From a bacterium (GTDB lineage: Bacteria; Actinomycetota; Acidimicrobiia; Acidimicrobiales; Ilumatobacteraceae), in assembly GCA_037133935.1 (NCBI GenBank), contig JBAXNF010000001.1:1-55967 (forward strand): a stretch of DNA of 55,967 nucleotides, in the 5' to 3' direction. Made by a program: the position numbers and the translations under genes. Below are positions 53,696-55,967 of the stretch, one piece after another. Below the pieces are notes generated by a model. It was not told where the DNA came from. It saw nothing but the letters and a program-made list of their open reading frames with translations, and did not search any database. Positions within the stretch are counted from its first letter, which is position 1. The number at the start of each line of letters is the position of its first letter.

Positions 53696-54895
53696 ATGGG
53701 TGAAAACAGCATGGGTGATAACCCCTTTGGCGGATTGCCATTTTTTGGCGACATGATGAAAGCAATGGCCGGTCAAGGCCCCCTGAATTGGGATATCGCA
53801 CAGCAGTTTGCACTCATGGGTACTTCAACCGAAGGTGGTCAACACAATGTTGACCCTGCTGCTCGCATCGCAATGGAACAACTCATCCCCATTGCCGTCA
53901 TGCATGTAGGCGATGTGCTCGGCGACCATGCACAACACTCGTTGAGCCAAGCAAAATTTGAATACTGCACTCCCTCTCAGTGGTGCCAGTCAACGCTCAA
54001 TGCTTACCAACCACTTTTCAATGATCTTGCCGCAGCCCTCAGCCAGCCGTCGTCTGTCGATGCTGACGCAGAGACCAACATTGACTTGGAAAACTCCGAC
54101 CCAATGTCGCAGATGATGCGCAATCTCACAAGCATGATGGCTCCCTCTCTTCTCGGCATGACTGTGGGTTCCATGATTGGGCAACTCGCACAAAAGGCTT
54201 TTGGTCAATACGACCTGCTGTTGCCGCGTAGCCCAGAAAACACCGTCTTACTTGTTCCTGGCACCATTGATGCCTTTGCAGAAAATTGGAGTTTGCCGAA
54301 TGCCGATATGCGCATGTGGGTGCTCATTCACGAACTTTCAGCACATGCAGTTCTGCAGGTTCCACATATTCGCCGTCGGCTGTTGCAGTCAGTGGAACAA
54401 CATGTGAAAGCATTTCGCCCCGACCCAACAGCTGCATTTGAACGCATGACACATCTTGAGGTCGATTCCGATAACCCCATGGCTGCGCTCCAACATGCTT
54501 TTTCGCAGCCCGAAATTATGCTTGGGGCTGTTATTTCACCCGAACAAGAAGCCATGATGCCCGCACTCGATGCACTTCTTGCCACTCTTGTGGGCATTAT
54601 CGACTGGACAGTTGACATCGTGGCTCAACGCGTTTTGGGCGGAGCAGGTGCTATTGCAGAAGCCGTTCGCCGACGCCGCATTGAAGAATCCCCTGCCGAC
54701 ATTTTTGTAGAACACCTCTTAGGCGTGCGTTACACGCGTGCAGTGGTATCACGAGGCAAAACTTTTGTTGCTGGGGTTATTGAACGCAGTTCACCCGAAA
54801 CGCTTCTCGGAGTACTCGCAAGTGAATCAGATCTTCCTACCCCCGCCGAGGTCGACGCCCCAGGCCTATGGCTCGCCCGCCTTGAATGCGAATAG
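53696..54895 (+). CDS. Zinc-metalloprotease-like protein of the DUF2342 / F420-associated hydrolase type
   Basis: N-terminal NPFGGLPFFGDMMKAM..GPLNWD and central WVLIHELSAHAV metal-site-like motif. The length and layout match this actinobacterial family. Confidence 0.55.
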   Translation: MGENSMGDNPFGGLPFFGDMMKAMAGQGPLNWDIAQQFALMGTSTEGGQHNVDPAARIAMEQLIPIAVMHVGDVLGDHAQHSLSQAKFEYCTPSQWCQSTLNAYQPLFNDLAAALSQPSSVDADAETNIDLENSDPMSQMMRNLTSMMAPSLLGMTVGSMIGQLAQKAFGQYDLLLPRSPENTVLLVPGTIDAFAENWSLPNADMRMWVLIHELSAHAVLQVPHIRRRLLQSVEQHVKAFRPDPTAAFERMTHLEVDSDNPMAALQHAFSQPEIMLGAVISPEQEAMMPALDALLATLVGIIDWTVDIVAQRVLGGAGAIAEAVRRRRIEESPADIFVEHLLGVRYTRAVVSRGKTFVAGVIERSSPETLLGVLASESDLPTPAEVDAPGLWLARLECE

Positions 54896-55967
54896 AAAAC
54901 CGACCCCACATGATAAAAATCAGCAATCCTGATGCCGTTGCAATTCCAATGAGTGCAAAACCTACATCACCAGGTATGCGAAAAAGTACCGGTAGTAACC
55001 CCGCCAGAACCCACGCCAGTTGATTTTGTGTTTCGAAGACTGCAAAGGCACGCGCCCGGTTTGCATCGGGGGCATCGCTTTGTACAACCGACTCAAAGGC
55101 TAGGCGACAAATAGCCGCCGAACAATTGACAGTTGCAGCCAAAATAACGCCTCCTGTTACTCCCCCAACATAAGTGGTTACAAAGCCACAAATGGTGAGC
55201 GCTAAGAGCGCCGACAGCATCATGGTTTCTTCATGCAACTTACGACGCAGCATTGGCGACAGTGCATTACCCGCCATGGTTGCAAGTGTGGAAAGCCCTA
55301 CCGCAAAACCAAACCATAATGTTCCTGCTTTCTGGTCGCGCAACCAAAAAGCAAGATGGAAAAACATGAACCCAACAAGACCTCGCATCAGCCACATAGT
55401 GCGCGAAGCGCGAAGCAACCGTGGAGAATGAAGTTCATCTCGCTCTGCTTGCGTTGGTGGGGATTGTGATACTCGCTCGCCTCGGGGTAATTGTGTTGCC
55501 GACACCACAGCACCGATAAAGAAAACGATTGCAAGGAACAGTGGGGCGCTATCGGAAATGAGTTGTAGCAGACCCGCAGGAATGGCCACAGCAAAGCCCA
55601 CAACACCAGCTAACAGACCCAACCTGCTATTCGCTTCCACTAGATCAGACTCAGATTTCACCACCGTGGGAACAAGTGCCGATTTCGAAATGGAATAGGT
55701 CTTTGACAGCACCATTGCTGCAAAAGCAAGTGGAAAAAGAGTGAGCGAATCGATGCGCCCAATCATGAGAAGTGTCACAATTGCCCTGCCAGCAGCAGCA
55801 AGACATACAACAAGTCGTCTGCCGCCTTTCATGCGGTCGATTACTGGACCAATGAGCGGCGACACCACCGCAAATGGGGCCAAACTCAACGCAAGGAAGA
55901 GAACAACCTTTCCGCGCGCCGCATCGGGGCTCATCGGAAAATCGACGTCCAGGCTGGACGGAAATTC
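54837..55967 (-). CDS. MFS transporter; the 5' end is probably outside the window
   Basis: Multiple TM segments and an MFS motif-A-like GPVIDRMKGGRR. The frame stays open from the ATG at 55934 to the window edge. The 3' end overlaps the convergent gene by 59 nt. Confidence 0.7.
   Translation of the reverse strand, partial: EFPSSLDVDFPMSPDAARGKVVLFLALSLAPFAVVSPLIGPVIDRMKGGRRLVVCLAAAGRAIVTLLMIGRIDSLTLFPLAFAAMVLSKTYSISKSALVPTVVKSESDLVEANSRLGLLAGVVGFAVAIPAGLLQLISDSAPLFLAIVFFIGAVVSATQLPRGERVSQSPPTQAERDELHSPRLLRASRTMWLMRGLVGFMFFHLAFWLRDQKAGTLWFGFAVGLSTLATMAGNALSPMLRRKLHEETMMLSALLALTICGFVTTYVGGVTGGVILAATVNCSAAICRLAFESVVQSDAPDANRARAFAVFETQNQLAWVLAGLLPVLFRIPGDVGFALIGIATASGLLIFIMWGRFSIRIQGGRAIGLGRRPRRG

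Overview
The gene content looks like a monoderm, Actinobacteria-type chromosome: gatCAB, coproporphyrin-type hemE-hemH-hemY, lgt plus an lnt-like gene, a sortase, a DUF2342-type metalloprotease and mreB. An Acidimicrobiia-like origin is a guess only. I recognised no rRNA, tRNA, CRISPR array, transposase or integrase.

The window has two parts.

(1) Nt ~860-31,940 is a cell-surface island, almost entirely on the minus strand. Two giant ORFs dominate it.
- Giant 1 (6387-16730, ~3,447 aa) is a lipobox-anchored multi-lectin adhesin. It carries, in order, an unrecognised Cys-His-Asn domain, about 14 Ig-like modules, a PA14 domain, two 7-bladed RCC1 propellers, three DUF1566-like modules and a C-terminal fibrinogen-like domain.
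- Giant 2 (20379-30419, ~3,346 aa) has five DUF11-like modules and three PKD-like modules. About 2,000 aa of beta-rich sequence follow, with no domain I recognise. That sequence is organised in cryptic ~360-aa super-repeats and ends in a Trp/Gly/Tyr-rich C-terminus.
- Giant 2 sits in a six-gene operon in which every junction is a start/stop overlap. The other products are two small lipoproteins, an FG-GAP/ASPIC lipoprotein, a pentapeptide-repeat lipoprotein and a secreted PAP2/vanadium-haloperoxidase-like enzyme.
- The Cys-His-Asn domain occurs three times in the island: twice in stand-alone lipoproteins and once as the N-terminal module of giant 1.

(2) Nt ~32,240-55,967 is mostly housekeeping: gatCAB, a crotonase, lgt, an esterase, an M48 protease, hemEHY, a sortase, an lnt-like gene, a GT4/methyltransferase/QW-repeat cluster, a nitroreductase, a GH1 beta-glucosidase, tesB, a PQQ sugar dehydrogenase, mreB, moaE and an MFS transporter.

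The most interesting items are the coupled operon around giant 2, the triplicated putative papain-order cysteine-peptidase-like domain, and an Lnt homolog whose predicted nucleophile Cys is Ser. All functional calls come from motif reading by eye. No searches were run.
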